Shown one piece after another: positions 30,630 through 40,652 of a DNA stretch of 55,088 bases. The translations under genes were made by a program, and so were the position numbers. The stretch is taken from the NCBI GenBank assembly GCA_041697335.1, contig JBGUGD010000026.1, positions 1 through 55,088 on the forward strand. Direction: 5' to 3'. Within the stretch, counting starts at the first letter, position 1. The number at the start of each line of letters is the position of its first letter. Below the pieces are notes generated by a model. The model was given only the letters and a program-made list of their open reading frames with translations, was not told where the DNA came from and did not search any database. The DNA is from Vampirovibrionaceae bacterium NZW_1234 (GTDB taxonomy: Bacteria; Cyanobacteriota; Vampirovibrionia; Vampirovibrionales; JAGQHJ01).

Positions 30630-31886
30630 TTAGTGAACCCCCACGCGATGGGGATTTGCTTCGTGGTAGGGCCAGGTGAGTTTAGGGCGACCGGTATCAA
30701 TCACCCGCATATCGATGCACTCGTCGACGGGGCAGACCAAGCTGCACAGGTTACAGCCAACACAGGTGTCTTCCTTGATTTTGGGAACCCGGGTGTGGCT
30801 TTGCAAGGCAATGGATTGGTGGGCGCCGTCTTCACAGGCGATATAACACAGTTGGCAACCAATACACTTCTCCGGATCGATATGGGCAACCACTTTGTAA
30901 TTTAAATCCAGGTTCTGCCAATCCGTCACCCGCTTGGCCGTATGGCCCACCAGGTCGTTGACGCTAGCCATGCCTTTGGAGTCCAGATAATCGCTGAGGC
31001 CTTCGATCATATCGGTGACGATCCGAAAACCGTAGTGCATCACGGCAGTACAAACCTGCACCGATGTTGAGCCCATCAGAATAAACTCGGCGGCATCCCG
31101 CCAGGTTTCCACGCCGCCAATGCCGGAGATCGGCAATTTAAAGTCAGGATGACTTGCCAGAGCCGAAACCATGTTCAAGGCAATGGGCTTGACGGCCGGG
31201 CCGCAGTAACCCCCATGGGTCGAGTAGCCATCCACCGACGGATTCGGGGCAAAGGTATCCAGGTTGATGTTGGTGACGGAGTTGATGGTATTGATCAGAG
31301 ACACGGCATTGGCACCACCGCGTTGGGCGGCAAGACCGGCTTGGGTAATGTCGGTGATGTTGGGTGTGAGTTTTACGATGACGGGCTTGGTGGCTTTTTC
31401 CATAACCCAAGACGTAATTTTTTCAGCTACATCCGGGTTCTGGCCCACGGCCGATCCCATGCCGCGTTCGCACATGCCGTGAGGGCAGCCAAAATTCAGC
31501 TCAAAACCATCCACGCCCACATCTTCACAGCGCTGAATACAGTCGTGCCATTCTTCCCGGGTCTCGAACATCATCGAGGCAATGAGAGCATGGGTGGGAA
31601 AGCGTTCCTTGACTTCTTTCATCTCCCGAATATTTACGTCCAGGGGACGATCCGTAATCAACTCGATGTTATTCAGGCCCATCATCCGGTTGTTTTTGTA
31701 GGAAAGAGCCCCGTAACGGCTGGAGACATTGACAATGGGCTGTCCCAGGGTCTTCCAGACAGCGCCACCCCAGCCTGCTTCAAAGGCCCGCATCACTTGG
31801 TATCCCGTGTTGGTGGGAGGTGCCGAGGCGAGCCAAAACGGGTTTGGGGATTCAATCCCGGCAAGGTTAATCTTTAAATCAGCCAT
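30630..31886 (-). CDS. preA: NAD-dependent dihydropyrimidine dehydrogenase subunit PreA
   Basis: NPFWLASAPPT, ELNFGCPHGM, VKLTPN and C-terminal 2x[4Fe-4S] motifs (CIGCQLC, CVGCNLC). Confidence 0.95.
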   Translation of the reverse strand: MADLKINLAGIESPNPFWLASAPPTNTGYQVMRAFEAGWGGAVWKTLGQPIVNVSSRYGALSYKNNRMMGLNNIELITDRPLDVNIREMKEVKERFPTHALIASMMFETREEWHDCIQRCEDVGVDGFELNFGCPHGMCERGMGSAVGQNPDVAEKITSWVMEKATKPVIVKLTPNITDITQAGLAAQRGGANAVSLINTINSVTNINLDTFAPNPSVDGYSTHGGYCGPAVKPIALNMVSALASHPDFKLPISGIGGVETWRDAAEFILMGSTSVQVCTAVMHYGFRIVTDMIEGLSDYLDSKGMASVNDLVGHTAKRVTDWQNLDLNYKVVAHIDPEKCIGCQLCYIACEDGAHQSIALQSHTRVPKIKEDTCVGCNLCSLVCPVDECIDMRVIDTGRPKLTWPYHEANPHRVGVH

Positions 31887-31900
31887 GGTGACGTGCCTCC

Positions 31901-33304
31901 CTAATTCGCTGTCGTGTTGATGAACATGCGGTGAATCCCCCGGGCGGCATCACGGCCATGGGCAACCGCATTGACCACTTCTTTGCCGCCGTTGACACAG
32001 TCCCCACCCGCAAAGATCTTCGGATTGCTGGTTTGAAAGTCTGCATTGACCTTGACCTTCCCGGAATCCAGCGTGACACCGGGCAGGGCATCAAAGAAGC
32101 GGGTTTGCTTTTCCTGCCCTGTGGCAAAAATAACCATGTCACATGGAATCAGAAACTCCGAGCCTTCAATAGGCGTAATCTCCGATTTGCCGTTGGCCTG
32201 GGCCTTGACCTCATTGCGAATGCACATCAGACCTTCGACGTTCTGGGTTCCAACAATTTGAATGGGGGAGGTCAGGTACATCAAGCGGACTTGGGCATGC
32301 TTGGCGTGCTCGACTTCAAAGTCATAGGCGCTCTGGTCTTCCGGGGTTCTGCGGTACACCAGGGTGACCTCCGCCCCAAGCTTGGAGGATTCCACGGCGG
32401 CATCAATGGCCGTGTTTCCAGCGCCAACCACCACCACACGCCGACCCACGGCAATTTTCTGGGCCTCTTGACGCAACTGATAGATGAATTCGGCAGCCCC
32501 ATAGACCTGGGGTAAATTTTCGCCCGGAATGCCTGGCTTTCGAGACTGGCCCAGGCCAACCCCGAGAAAGATGGCATCAAATTGCTGTTCCAACTGACTA
32601 AACGTCATGTAGGTTTTCCCGCTCTCCGGTGCGCTATCGTCTTGGGTGGCGACAATGCGGACGTTGGTTTGTATGCGAAAGCCGATTTGAGACACATAAG
32701 CGACTTCCTTGTCGGCATCGCTGTTGGTGAACTTATATGGGGCCACCCCATAGCGGTTCAGCCCCCCGGCATACGCGCTGGCCTCAAAGACCACGACCTC
32801 GTGACCCAGGCGGGTGAGTTCGTGGGCACAGGCCAACCCTGCAGGGCCGCTGCCGATGACCGCCACTTTTTTACCGGTAGCCGGGCCTTTGTGGAAAAAG
32901 CGAATATTGTTTTCAATGGCAACATTCGTGGCATAGGCCTGGAGCCGGCCAATGTCGATGGGTTTTTCATTCAAGTCCAGGTAAACGCAAGAGCCTTCAC
33001 ACAGCACCTGGGTCGGGCAGACCTCGCCGCAGGACTTGCCCAGAATGTTTTGGGTGAAAATTGTCTTGGCAGAACCTTTGGGATTGCGACTCATAATCTG
33101 ACGGATAAACATCGGAATATCAATCGAGGAGGGGCAAGCCTGGATACAGGGGGCATCGTGGCAGAACAAGCAGCGAGATGCCTCGATGACTGCCTCGTTT
33201 TCCGTCATCAGCGGTTTGACTTTCTGAAACTGAGCCGCCAGGGTGGCGTCATCCGGAATCGGAAGCATGGGATCCGACTCATGTAAGGGTGTTTCTAACA
33301 TCAC
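31901..33304 (-). CDS. preT: Dihydropyrimidine dehydrogenase subunit PreT (GltD-like)
   Basis: EASRCLFCHDAPCIQACP, GSGPAG, GAGNTAIDAA and AGGDCVNG; adjacent to preA. Confidence 0.92.
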   Translation of the reverse strand: MMLETPLHESDPMLPIPDDATLAAQFQKVKPLMTENEAVIEASRCLFCHDAPCIQACPSSIDIPMFIRQIMSRNPKGSAKTIFTQNILGKSCGEVCPTQVLCEGSCVYLDLNEKPIDIGRLQAYATNVAIENNIRFFHKGPATGKKVAVIGSGPAGLACAHELTRLGHEVVVFEASAYAGGLNRYGVAPYKFTNSDADKEVAYVSQIGFRIQTNVRIVATQDDSAPESGKTYMTFSQLEQQFDAIFLGVGLGQSRKPGIPGENLPQVYGAAEFIYQLRQEAQKIAVGRRVVVVGAGNTAIDAAVESSKLGAEVTLVYRRTPEDQSAYDFEVEHAKHAQVRLMYLTSPIQIVGTQNVEGLMCIRNEVKAQANGKSEITPIEGSEFLIPCDMVIFATGQEKQTRFFDALPGVTLDSGKVKVNADFQTSNPKIFAGGDCVNGGKEVVNAVAHGRDAARGIHRMFINTTAN

Positions 33305-34812
33305 GCACCTCCCAAAGGTATTGTATCCGCCGGAGCGGAACGGTCAATCTTGTTGTACATCAAGGCCACGTAAACCAAGCCGGAAAGCAGTAGGCCGATA
33401 AACCAGGCAAAATCGTACATTTGCACAAAAAGTGCTGGGACTGTGCTGGCATCGAGGGCCTTGATCTGGACCAGAAATCCGGGAATATTGGGCAGAATAC
33501 CGGCAATCAAGGCCGCAATGGCATAAATGTTGTACCCGCCCTGATACTCATAGCGGCCTTGGCGTTGGTAGAGATCCATTAAATGAAGGCGACAGCGCCG
33601 CAGGATAAAGTAATCCGAGAGCAATATCCCGGCCACAGGGCCCAGAAGAGCGGAGTAACCGATGAGCCAGGTGAAGATATAGCCCGAGGGATCGGCCAGA
33701 AGCTTCCAGGGCATCATGAAAATTCCAATCAGTGCCGTGAGGAGGCCGCCTTTTCGAAAATCAATCTTTGACGGCATCAGGTTGGCAAAATCATTGGCGG
33801 GTGCCACCACATTGGCAGCCACGTTCATGGTCAGCGTGGCCATACAGATGGCCGTCATGGCAAAGATGATCAGGGCCGGGTTGTTGAAGCGGCTGATGAG
33901 AACCACGGGATCCCAAATGCTTTCGCCGTAAATGACAACCGTGGCGCTGGTGACCGCCACTCCAATGAAGGCAAACAACGTCATGGTCGTGGGAAGGCCT
34001 AAGGCCTGGCCAATAATCTGAGACCGCTGGTCTTTGGCATAGCGGGTAAAATCGGGAATGTTTAGGCTGAGGGTGGCCCAAAACCCAACCATCCCCGTGA
34101 GTGACGGAATGAAAAAGCCCCAGAATTCTTCAAAGGTCTTGAATTTGGAGGGAGTATTCACCATGGGCCCGAATCCATGGGCGGCGGAATAGGCCCAGTA
34201 GAGGAGTAACAGGCCACATAAAATTAACAGCGGTGCGCAGAAGGTTTCCAGGCGCTTAATGGACTCAATGCCCTTCATGATCATGGCCACATTGATGCTC
34301 CAGAAGACCATAAAACAGGCAAACGGGAGAAGCCCTGCCCCCATAATCTGGGGCAGACCGGCTGAAAAGGCTTCAGCTCCCGGCCAGATGGTTTTCACCA
34401 CGGCAAAAATGGCAGAGCCGCCAATCCAACACTGGATTCCAAACCAGCCACAGGCCACTACAGCCCGCAAAAGCGCCGGGATATTCGAGCCTAGAACGCC
34501 AAAACTGGCTCGAGAAAATATCGGAAACGGAATGCCGTACTGAACACCCACGTGACCGTTCAAAATCATGGGGATCAGCACAATGACGTTACCGAGAAAC
34601 ACCGTCATAACGGCTTGAAGCACGTTCATGCCGCCTTGGATCAAGGATGAAGCAATCATATATGTTGGAATACAGACGCACATACCGACCCACAGGGCCA
34701 GGTAATTCACCGTAGACCAGGTCCGTCCCTCGGGAGGAACGGGGGCAAGGTCCTCGTTGCCCAAATCGGTGTGTGCCATTCCGGCGTGCGGGGTTGCAGA
34801 GATGAGATCCAT
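33301..34812 (-). CDS. NCS1 nucleobase:cation symporter (uracil/hydantoin permease type)
   Basis: GIPFPIFSRASFG, ACGWFGIQ, WATLSLNIPDFTRYA and NVAANVVAP. True start is ATG 34812 (track start 34941 overlaps the upstream gene). Confidence 0.93.
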   Translation of the reverse strand: MDLISATPHAGMAHTDLGNEDLAPVPPEGRTWSTVNYLALWVGMCVCIPTYMIASSLIQGGMNVLQAVMTVFLGNVIVLIPMILNGHVGVQYGIPFPIFSRASFGVLGSNIPALLRAVVACGWFGIQCWIGGSAIFAVVKTIWPGAEAFSAGLPQIMGAGLLPFACFMVFWSINVAMIMKGIESIKRLETFCAPLLILCGLLLLYWAYSAAHGFGPMVNTPSKFKTFEEFWGFFIPSLTGMVGFWATLSLNIPDFTRYAKDQRSQIIGQALGLPTTMTLFAFIGVAVTSATVVIYGESIWDPVVLISRFNNPALIIFAMTAICMATLTMNVAANVVAPANDFANLMPSKIDFRKGGLLTALIGIFMMPWKLLADPSGYIFTWLIGYSALLGPVAGILLSDYFILRRCRLHLMDLYQRQGRYEYQGGYNIYAIAALIAGILPNIPGFLVQIKALDASTVPALFVQMYDFAWFIGLLLSGLVYVALMYNKIDRSAPADTIPLGGA

Positions 34813-34816
34813 CGGC

Positions 34817-36157
34817 TTAATTCCGCACCACTTCTGCCAGGGCTTTGTCCAGGACATCGACCATAAAGTCCACCTGTTCCCGGGTAATGGACAAGGGTGG
34901 TGCCAAGCGGACGACATTGCCGAACAGGCCGCCTTTTCCAATCAACAGGCCCCGATCCTTGCACAGGTCCATCAGTCGGCCGCATTCTTCGGTGGCATAG
35001 GCTTTGCTCTGGCGATCCTTGACCAACTCCATCCCCATCAGGAGTCCCCGGCCCCGAACGTCACCGATGATGCTGTGGGTTTTCATCAGGTTGGTCAGGC
35101 CGTCCCGGAGGTATTGACCCTGAACACGGGCATTTTCGATCAGTTTTTCTTCTTCGATGATCTCCATGGTCTTCAAGGCCTGCATGGCTTGGTAGGGATC
35201 ACCGGCAAAGGTATTAAAATAGAGCTTTCCGGCCAGGCTTTGGGAAATATCATTTTTCAGCAGCACAGCCCCGATGGCCGCCCCGTTGCCAAAGCCCTTG
35301 GCCATGGTCACCATATCGGCATCAATGCCCAGTTCCTTGGTCAAAAGGAAATTTCCGCCGCATCGCCCGGCACCGGTCTGGACTTCATCGCTGATGTACT
35401 TTCCGCCGTAGTTATGGACAATCCGGGCGACCTCTTCAAAGTATTCCCGGGGGGGGGTGATAAAGCCGCCTACCCCCATGACGGGTTCCGCAATAAACGC
35501 AGCGATTTTGCCATGGGTGGATGTCTGGATCGTGGTCTCCACGTTTTTGGCGCATTCCAGCGCACACGTATCCGGTGTTTTGTTGAAGGGACAGCGATAG
35601 CAGTTGGGCTCCAGAGCCGAGGTCACATTGGCGACCGGTTGCGACCGAAAACGCCAGGTATGATGCCCACATTGGGCCAGCGTGCCTGAGGTGCCGCCAT
35701 GATAGCCGTGTCTGAGATTCACGACCATGGTTTCTCCGGTGGCATGGCGGGCCGCCATAAAGGCCAACTCGTTGGCTTCCGAGCCGGAGTTGGTGAAGGC
35801 GCATTTTTCGATGCCATTGGGTGCCTCGCTAACCAGCTTTTGCGCCAGCCGGGTGACATGAGGATTTAGGTAAAGCAAGCTGGTATGCTGAATCTCATCG
35901 TTCTGCAGCATTTCCAGGATGCCTTGCTTGATTTTAGGGTGGTTATGCCCGGCAGAAATGCAGACGATGCCGCCAATACAATCGAGGTATTGGTTGCCTT
36001 TTTCGTCATAGACATAGCAGCCACTGGCACGGACCAGCTGCAAGGGCTCTTTGTAATAGGTGTAGGCTGTATCGATAAAATGAGTTTTCCTTAGGGCCAG
36101 AATGTCTTCATTGGCCATGGATGCGGAGGACTGGTCCACCAGGGATTGACCGCTCAT
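34817..36157 (-). CDS. Class III PLP aminotransferase (AGXT2/PYD4-like, probable beta-alanine/beta-aminoisobutyrate aminotransferase)
   Basis: SGSEANE, YHGGT, DEVQTG, TMAKGFGNG and NTFAG; substrate inferred from operon context. Confidence 0.88.
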   Translation of the reverse strand: MSGQSLVDQSSASMANEDILALRKTHFIDTAYTYYKEPLQLVRASGCYVYDEKGNQYLDCIGGIVCISAGHNHPKIKQGILEMLQNDEIQHTSLLYLNPHVTRLAQKLVSEAPNGIEKCAFTNSGSEANELAFMAARHATGETMVVNLRHGYHGGTSGTLAQCGHHTWRFRSQPVANVTSALEPNCYRCPFNKTPDTCALECAKNVETTIQTSTHGKIAAFIAEPVMGVGGFITPPREYFEEVARIVHNYGGKYISDEVQTGAGRCGGNFLLTKELGIDADMVTMAKGFGNGAAIGAVLLKNDISQSLAGKLYFNTFAGDPYQAMQALKTMEIIEEEKLIENARVQGQYLRDGLTNLMKTHSIIGDVRGRGLLMGMELVKDRQSKAYATEECGRLMDLCKDRGLLIGKGGLFGNVVRLAPPLSITREQVDFMVDVLDKALAEVVRN

Positions 36158-36211
36158 AACGAATACCTCAATTGGCTTTGACTGACATCGATAGGTGTGA
36201 TGAATCGAAAA

Positions 36212-37078
36212 CTACAGGGCCACCAGCTCTTTGTAGGTTTCTGGGCGACGATCCCGGTAGAACTGCCAGAGATCCCGAACTTCCTTGATTTCATCCAGAT
36301 TGAGATCCGCAACCAACAGCTCGTCTTTGTCCCGAGAGGCTTCGGCAATAATCTGGCCTTTGGGACTGACGAAGTAGGAAGTGCCGTAAAATTCACCGAT
36401 ATTCCACGGGGCTTCGGTCCCCACCCGGTTGATGGCTGCCAGGAAGTAGCCATTGGCAACGGCATGGGCGGGTTGTTCAATTTTCCACAAGTATTCCGAC
36501 AGCCCGGCAACGGTGGCCGACGGATTAAATACAATCTCGGCGCCATTCAGGCCCAGGCAGCGAGCTCCGTCGGGGAAATGGCGATCATAGCAGATGTAGA
36601 CCCCTACCTTGCCGTATTGGGTCTCAAATACCGGGTAACCCAGGTTGCCGGGCTTAAAGAAGAACTTCTCCCAGAAGCCTTTGACTTGGGGGATATGGTT
36701 TTTTCGGTATTTCCCCAAATAGGTCCCGTCGGCATCGATGACGGCTGCGGTATTGTAATACACGCCAGTCATTTCGACTTCATAGATGGGAACAATAATG
36801 ACCATGCCATGTTTTTTCGCCAGTTCCTGCATCAGTTTCGTGGTGGGGCCATCCGGGATCGGCTCGGCCAGGTCGTACCACTTGGTGTCCTGGGACGGGC
36901 AGAAATAAGGGCCGGTAAAGACCTCTTCAAAACAAAGCATTTGGACACCTTGTTTGGCGGCTTGTTCAATATAGGGCAGATGAGCCTCGATCATACCTTT
37001 GCGGTGCTCTTCACACGAGGCTTCCGTGGGCACTTTGTTGCCCAATTGAATAACCCCTGCTTTGACAATTCGTGCCAT
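36212..37078 (-). CDS. Beta-ureidopropionase (nitrilase superfamily)
   Basis: Catalytic E-K-C triad: FEEVF, YRKNHIP, YICYDRHFP; operon context. Confidence 0.9.
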   Translation of the reverse strand: MARIVKAGVIQLGNKVPTEASCEEHRKGMIEAHLPYIEQAAKQGVQMLCFEEVFTGPYFCPSQDTKWYDLAEPIPDGPTTKLMQELAKKHGMVIIVPIYEVEMTGVYYNTAAVIDADGTYLGKYRKNHIPQVKGFWEKFFFKPGNLGYPVFETQYGKVGVYICYDRHFPDGARCLGLNGAEIVFNPSATVAGLSEYLWKIEQPAHAVANGYFLAAINRVGTEAPWNIGEFYGTSYFVSPKGQIIAEASRDKDELLVADLNLDEIKEVRDLWQFYRDRRPETYKELVAL

Positions 37079-37136
37079 GAATACGGTCTCCTCTATCGAT
37101 GTGGTTGAAATCTATACATGTGGTTTGCGTTGGGGC

Positions 37137-38561
37137 CTAACCTGCCGTCACCAAGGCCGAGGGTGATGTTGGTTTGGGCTCACTATTAAAGGCTTGTCTG
37201 GGGATGTATTGCCCAAAACCTTTACCAATCAGTGCTTGCCCCTGATCAATGGCGACAGTTCCACGAAGCAGGACAGTACGGCATTTCCCCTGGACTTCCC
37301 ACCCTTCATAGGCCGAATAATCACAGTTTTGATGGTGGGTCTTGGCTGAGATCGTATGTTTGACATTTGGGTCAAAGATGACCAGGTCCGCATCCGAGCC
37401 GACGGCAATGGTACCCTTTTTGGGAAACATCCCGAAAATCCGGGCTGCCGCAGTTGAGCTGAGTTCAACAAATTTATTCAGGGAAATTCGTCCTTTGCCG
37501 ACCCCTTCCGAGTACAGAAGCTCAAAGCGGTTCTCGACCCCGGGAGCCCCATTGGGAATTTTGGAGAAATCGTTTTCGCCCATGCGCTTCTGGTCCATAC
37601 AAAACGGGCAGTGATCCGTGGCAACAGTGTGGATCAGGTTTTGCTGGAGCCCACTCCACAGGGCATCAATGTCTTTCTGTTTCCGAAGTGGTGGGCTGAA
37701 CACCCACTTGGCCCCTTCAAACCCAGGACGCTCGTAGAGGCTGTCATCCAGGAGCAGATACTGGATGCAGGTTTCCACAAACACTTTTTGATTGCGTTTT
37801 GTGGCTTCTCGAACCCGATTTAAGGCGTTTTCGCAGGTCATATGCACAATATAGACCGGATGATTCCCATGCCAGGCCAAATCAATCAAGCGTCCGGCGG
37901 CTTCGCCCTCGGCAATGTCCGGATGGCACAGGGCGTGATACTTGGGAGCCGTATGGCCAGCCGCACGATGCTGGGTGACCAGCTCGTCAATCATATCGCC
38001 GTTTTCAGTATGGGCAATCACGGCCCCGCCGTATTTGCCTGCTTCTTCCATCAAGCCCAGGATCTGGCGATCGTCGACCATCAAGGCCCCTTTGTAGGCC
38101 ATAAAGATCTTGAATGAACTAATACCGTGATCCTGAATGAGAGAGCGAATTTCTTGACGCGTATTGTCGTTGAAATCCGTAACGCCCATATGAAATGCAT
38201 AATCGCCCACGGCTTTGCCTTGGGCTTTCTGGTTCCAGGTATCCAGGGCATCTTTTAAGGATTTGCCTTGGGTCTGAATGGCAAAGTCAATAATGGTTGT
38301 TGTTCCGCCATGCAGACCGGCCAGGGTTCCGGTTTCAAAGTCATCACTGGAGGCCGTTCCCATGAAGGGCAAATCCATATGGGTGTGAGGATCAACACCG
38401 CCCGGAAAGACATAGCAGCCTGTCGCATCGATAATATCATCCGCTTTGTAGGGCAAGTCCTTTCCAATAGTGTGGATGGTTTCTCCCTGGATATAAATAT
38501 CCCCGACAAAACAGTCGGTTGCGGTGACAATGGTTCCATTTTTGACAACGACGGTGCGCAT
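37137..38561 (-). CDS. hydA: Dihydropyrimidinase
   Basis: PGGVDPHTH, GGTTTIIDF, SFKIFMAYK, ATDHCPF and IPNGAPGVENR. Confidence 0.95.
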   Translation of the reverse strand: MRTVVVKNGTIVTATDCFVGDIYIQGETIHTIGKDLPYKADDIIDATGCYVFPGGVDPHTHMDLPFMGTASSDDFETGTLAGLHGGTTTIIDFAIQTQGKSLKDALDTWNQKAQGKAVGDYAFHMGVTDFNDNTRQEIRSLIQDHGISSFKIFMAYKGALMVDDRQILGLMEEAGKYGGAVIAHTENGDMIDELVTQHRAAGHTAPKYHALCHPDIAEGEAAGRLIDLAWHGNHPVYIVHMTCENALNRVREATKRNQKVFVETCIQYLLLDDSLYERPGFEGAKWVFSPPLRKQKDIDALWSGLQQNLIHTVATDHCPFCMDQKRMGENDFSKIPNGAPGVENRFELLYSEGVGKGRISLNKFVELSSTAAARIFGMFPKKGTIAVGSDADLVIFDPNVKHTISAKTHHQNCDYSAYEGWEVQGKCRTVLLRGTVAIDQGQALIGKGFGQYIPRQAFNSEPKPTSPSALVTAG

Positions 38562-38602
38562 AGCCTCTCCTAGGTCTGCCGATACTAATGAGTGATTTGA
38601 TT

Positions 38603-40123
38603 TTACCAGATATTGGCGTCCTTAAACCATCGTTGCACCGTCACTTTGGTGTCGGTATAAAAGTCAACCGAGGCGGAGCCGTGCGCTTTAATGTCGCCAA
38701 AGAAAGAATCTTTGCTGCCTCCGAAGGAGAAGAAAGACATCGGAGCTGGAACGCCGATGTTGATTCCGATCATGCTGGGATCGACTTCGTACATGAACTT
38801 GCGAGCAGCGGACCCGGAAGAGGTGAATAACGATGTGGTATTGCCGTATTCGGAGCTATTGAGCCACGTGATGGCTTCATCCAGCGTCTTGGTCTGGGCA
38901 AGGAGGACAACGGGACCAAACACTTCTTCTTTGGCAATCCGCATGTCGGGGCGAATGCCCGAAAGCACTGTGGGCTTCAGAAAATAGCCAGGCAGGTCGT
39001 CAACCCCGTTGCGTCCATCCACAAGCACGGTTGCACCATCGTCAATGGCCGACTGAATCAGTCCCAAGACCCTGTCTTTGGCTGCTTGTGAAATTAACGG
39101 GCCCATACCGGTCGCTGGGTCTAAACCATCACCGACTGTCACCGCTTTGGCAGCGGACACAATACCTTCCTCAAGCCAAGGATAGGCATCCTCGACCCCG
39201 ATGATAACAGAACCCGCCAAGCATCGCTCACCGGCACAGCCAATAACGGATTCCAGGACGGTCCGAACCGATGAATCCTGAGGAGCGTCGGGTAGAACAA
39301 CCATAAAGTTCTTTGCCCCGCCCAGGGCTTGGACCCGTTTTCCAGAGGCTCCTGCTGTTTGGTACACATGCTTTGCCACGGGAGTAGAGCCTACGAACGA
39401 GACGCCTTTGATATCCGGGTGGGTCAAAATGGCATTCACCACATCCTTGCCCCCATGCACCATATTCATGACGCCTTTGGGAAGGCCGGTTTGTTCAATC
39501 AGTTCAAAAATGCGCATCTGTGTGAGAGGGACTCGTTCACTGGGCTTCAGAACAAAGGTATTGCCGGAAGCTATGGCAAAGGGCCAGAACCAGAAGGGAA
39601 CCATTGCCGGAAAGTTGAACGGGGTAATAGCTGCAAAAACACCCATGGGACGGCGGATGGCGTAGCAGTCGATACCTGGAGCAATGTCTTCAAAGCCTTT
39701 TCCCATCTGAATGGTGGGCATGCCGCAAGCAGTTTCAACCATTTGGATCCCGCGTCGAACATCGCCCCGGGATTCAGCCATGGTTTTGCCATGCTCCATG
39801 GTGCAAAGCTTAGCCAGTTCCTCGGCATGCTCCTCAAGCAATGTCTTCAATTTGAACATGTATTGAACCCGGTCAATGGCCGGAACCTGACGCCAGGTTT
39901 TAAAGGCTTCTTTTGCAGCCGATACGGCCAGATCGATATCAGAGGAAGTTCCTAAGGGGCACTTTGCAATCACGGTGCCATAGGCCGGATTAATCACCTC
40001 GACGGTATCCGTGCCATGAGAGGCCACCCAATGGCCGTTAATAAAGTTTTGAACCACGGTCAGCGTGGTTGAAGACATTTGATCTGCTTTCACGGGTATT
40101 TTTTCCATAATTGACGAACTCAT
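38603..40123 (-). CDS. mmsA: CoA-acylating (methyl)malonate-semialdehyde dehydrogenase
   Basis: TPFNFPAMVPFW, KPSERVP, SFVGST, GGAKN, CAGERC, EEVFGPV and GINIGVPAP. Confidence 0.93.
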   Translation of the reverse strand: MSSSIMEKIPVKADQMSSTTLTVVQNFINGHWVASHGTDTVEVINPAYGTVIAKCPLGTSSDIDLAVSAAKEAFKTWRQVPAIDRVQYMFKLKTLLEEHAEELAKLCTMEHGKTMAESRGDVRRGIQMVETACGMPTIQMGKGFEDIAPGIDCYAIRRPMGVFAAITPFNFPAMVPFWFWPFAIASGNTFVLKPSERVPLTQMRIFELIEQTGLPKGVMNMVHGGKDVVNAILTHPDIKGVSFVGSTPVAKHVYQTAGASGKRVQALGGAKNFMVVLPDAPQDSSVRTVLESVIGCAGERCLAGSVIIGVEDAYPWLEEGIVSAAKAVTVGDGLDPATGMGPLISQAAKDRVLGLIQSAIDDGATVLVDGRNGVDDLPGYFLKPTVLSGIRPDMRIAKEEVFGPVVLLAQTKTLDEAITWLNSSEYGNTTSLFTSSGSAARKFMYEVDPSMIGINIGVPAPMSFFSFGGSKDSFFGDIKAHGSASVDFYTDTKVTVQRWFKDANIW

Positions 40124-40258
40124 CGTGCGCCCCCCATCTCAACCGATAACTGTATCCGTCTTTTATTCAGACGGTGTCAGGGAGGGTGCTTCTATCATAC
40201 CCAATTGGAAAGCCAAGAGCATAGAATACTCACCCCACCTAATGAAAATGATTGGTTC

Positions 40259-40287
40259 AATATATAATCATTGTCCTTCACTGTCAA
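40259..40287 (-). promoter_or_regulatory. sigma70 promoter of the pyrimidine catabolism operon
   Basis: TTGACA-N17-TATATT on the minus strand, overlapped by the inverted repeat AATGATT-N12-AATCATT (40247..40272). Confidence 0.65.
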
Positions 40288-40365
40288 CCCGATTCTCTGT
40301 GGGATGAGGCATCTTGATGGGAGAGTTTTGACACCAGCTTTTGGAGTCTCGCTGTTGAATGCCCA

Positions 40366-40398
40366 TAAAAATACCTGGGCGAGGGGATTTGCCCAGGT
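40366..40398 (-). terminator. Intrinsic terminator after the 46-aa small ORF
   Basis: Minus strand reads ACCTGGGC-loop-GCCCAGGT-ATTTTT; an additional hairpin AAGCATAGG/CCTATGCTT lies at 40431..40453. Confidence 0.6.
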
Positions 40399-40511
40399 GA
40401 ACGTTTTCAAGAGATGTTATAGGAAGCTTCAAGCATAGGGGCTGCCTATGCTTAGAGTCATTGAAAAAAGAGAGAGTAAGTAAATATAAGTCACAGAGTG
40501 CTTGTTGAGTC

Positions 40512-40652
40512 TTAAAAACCCGGAACACCGTTAAAGTGGTTGGTCAGCCAAGCCAGGAACAATCCGAAAATAATGGTTACCAACGGGATTAACGTTGAAA
40601 TCAAGAAGACTTTGTTCTCTTGAGGGGTGCGACTAAAGTTAGGGGTTGCCAT
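40512..40652 (-). CDS. 46-aa single-TM small protein (below the ORF-track cutoff)
   Basis: AAGGAGG RBS 6 nt before the ATG; translation MATPNFSRTPQENKVFLISTLIPLVTIIFGLFLAWLTNHFNGVPGF; downstream terminator. Confidence 0.75.
   Translation of the reverse strand: MATPNFSRTPQENKVFLISTLIPLVTIIFGLFLAWLTNHFNGVPGF

Noticed and set aside
34813..34941. N-terminal extension of the NCS1 ORF in the track
   Set aside because: Overlaps the aminotransferase 3' end; the real start is ATG 34812.
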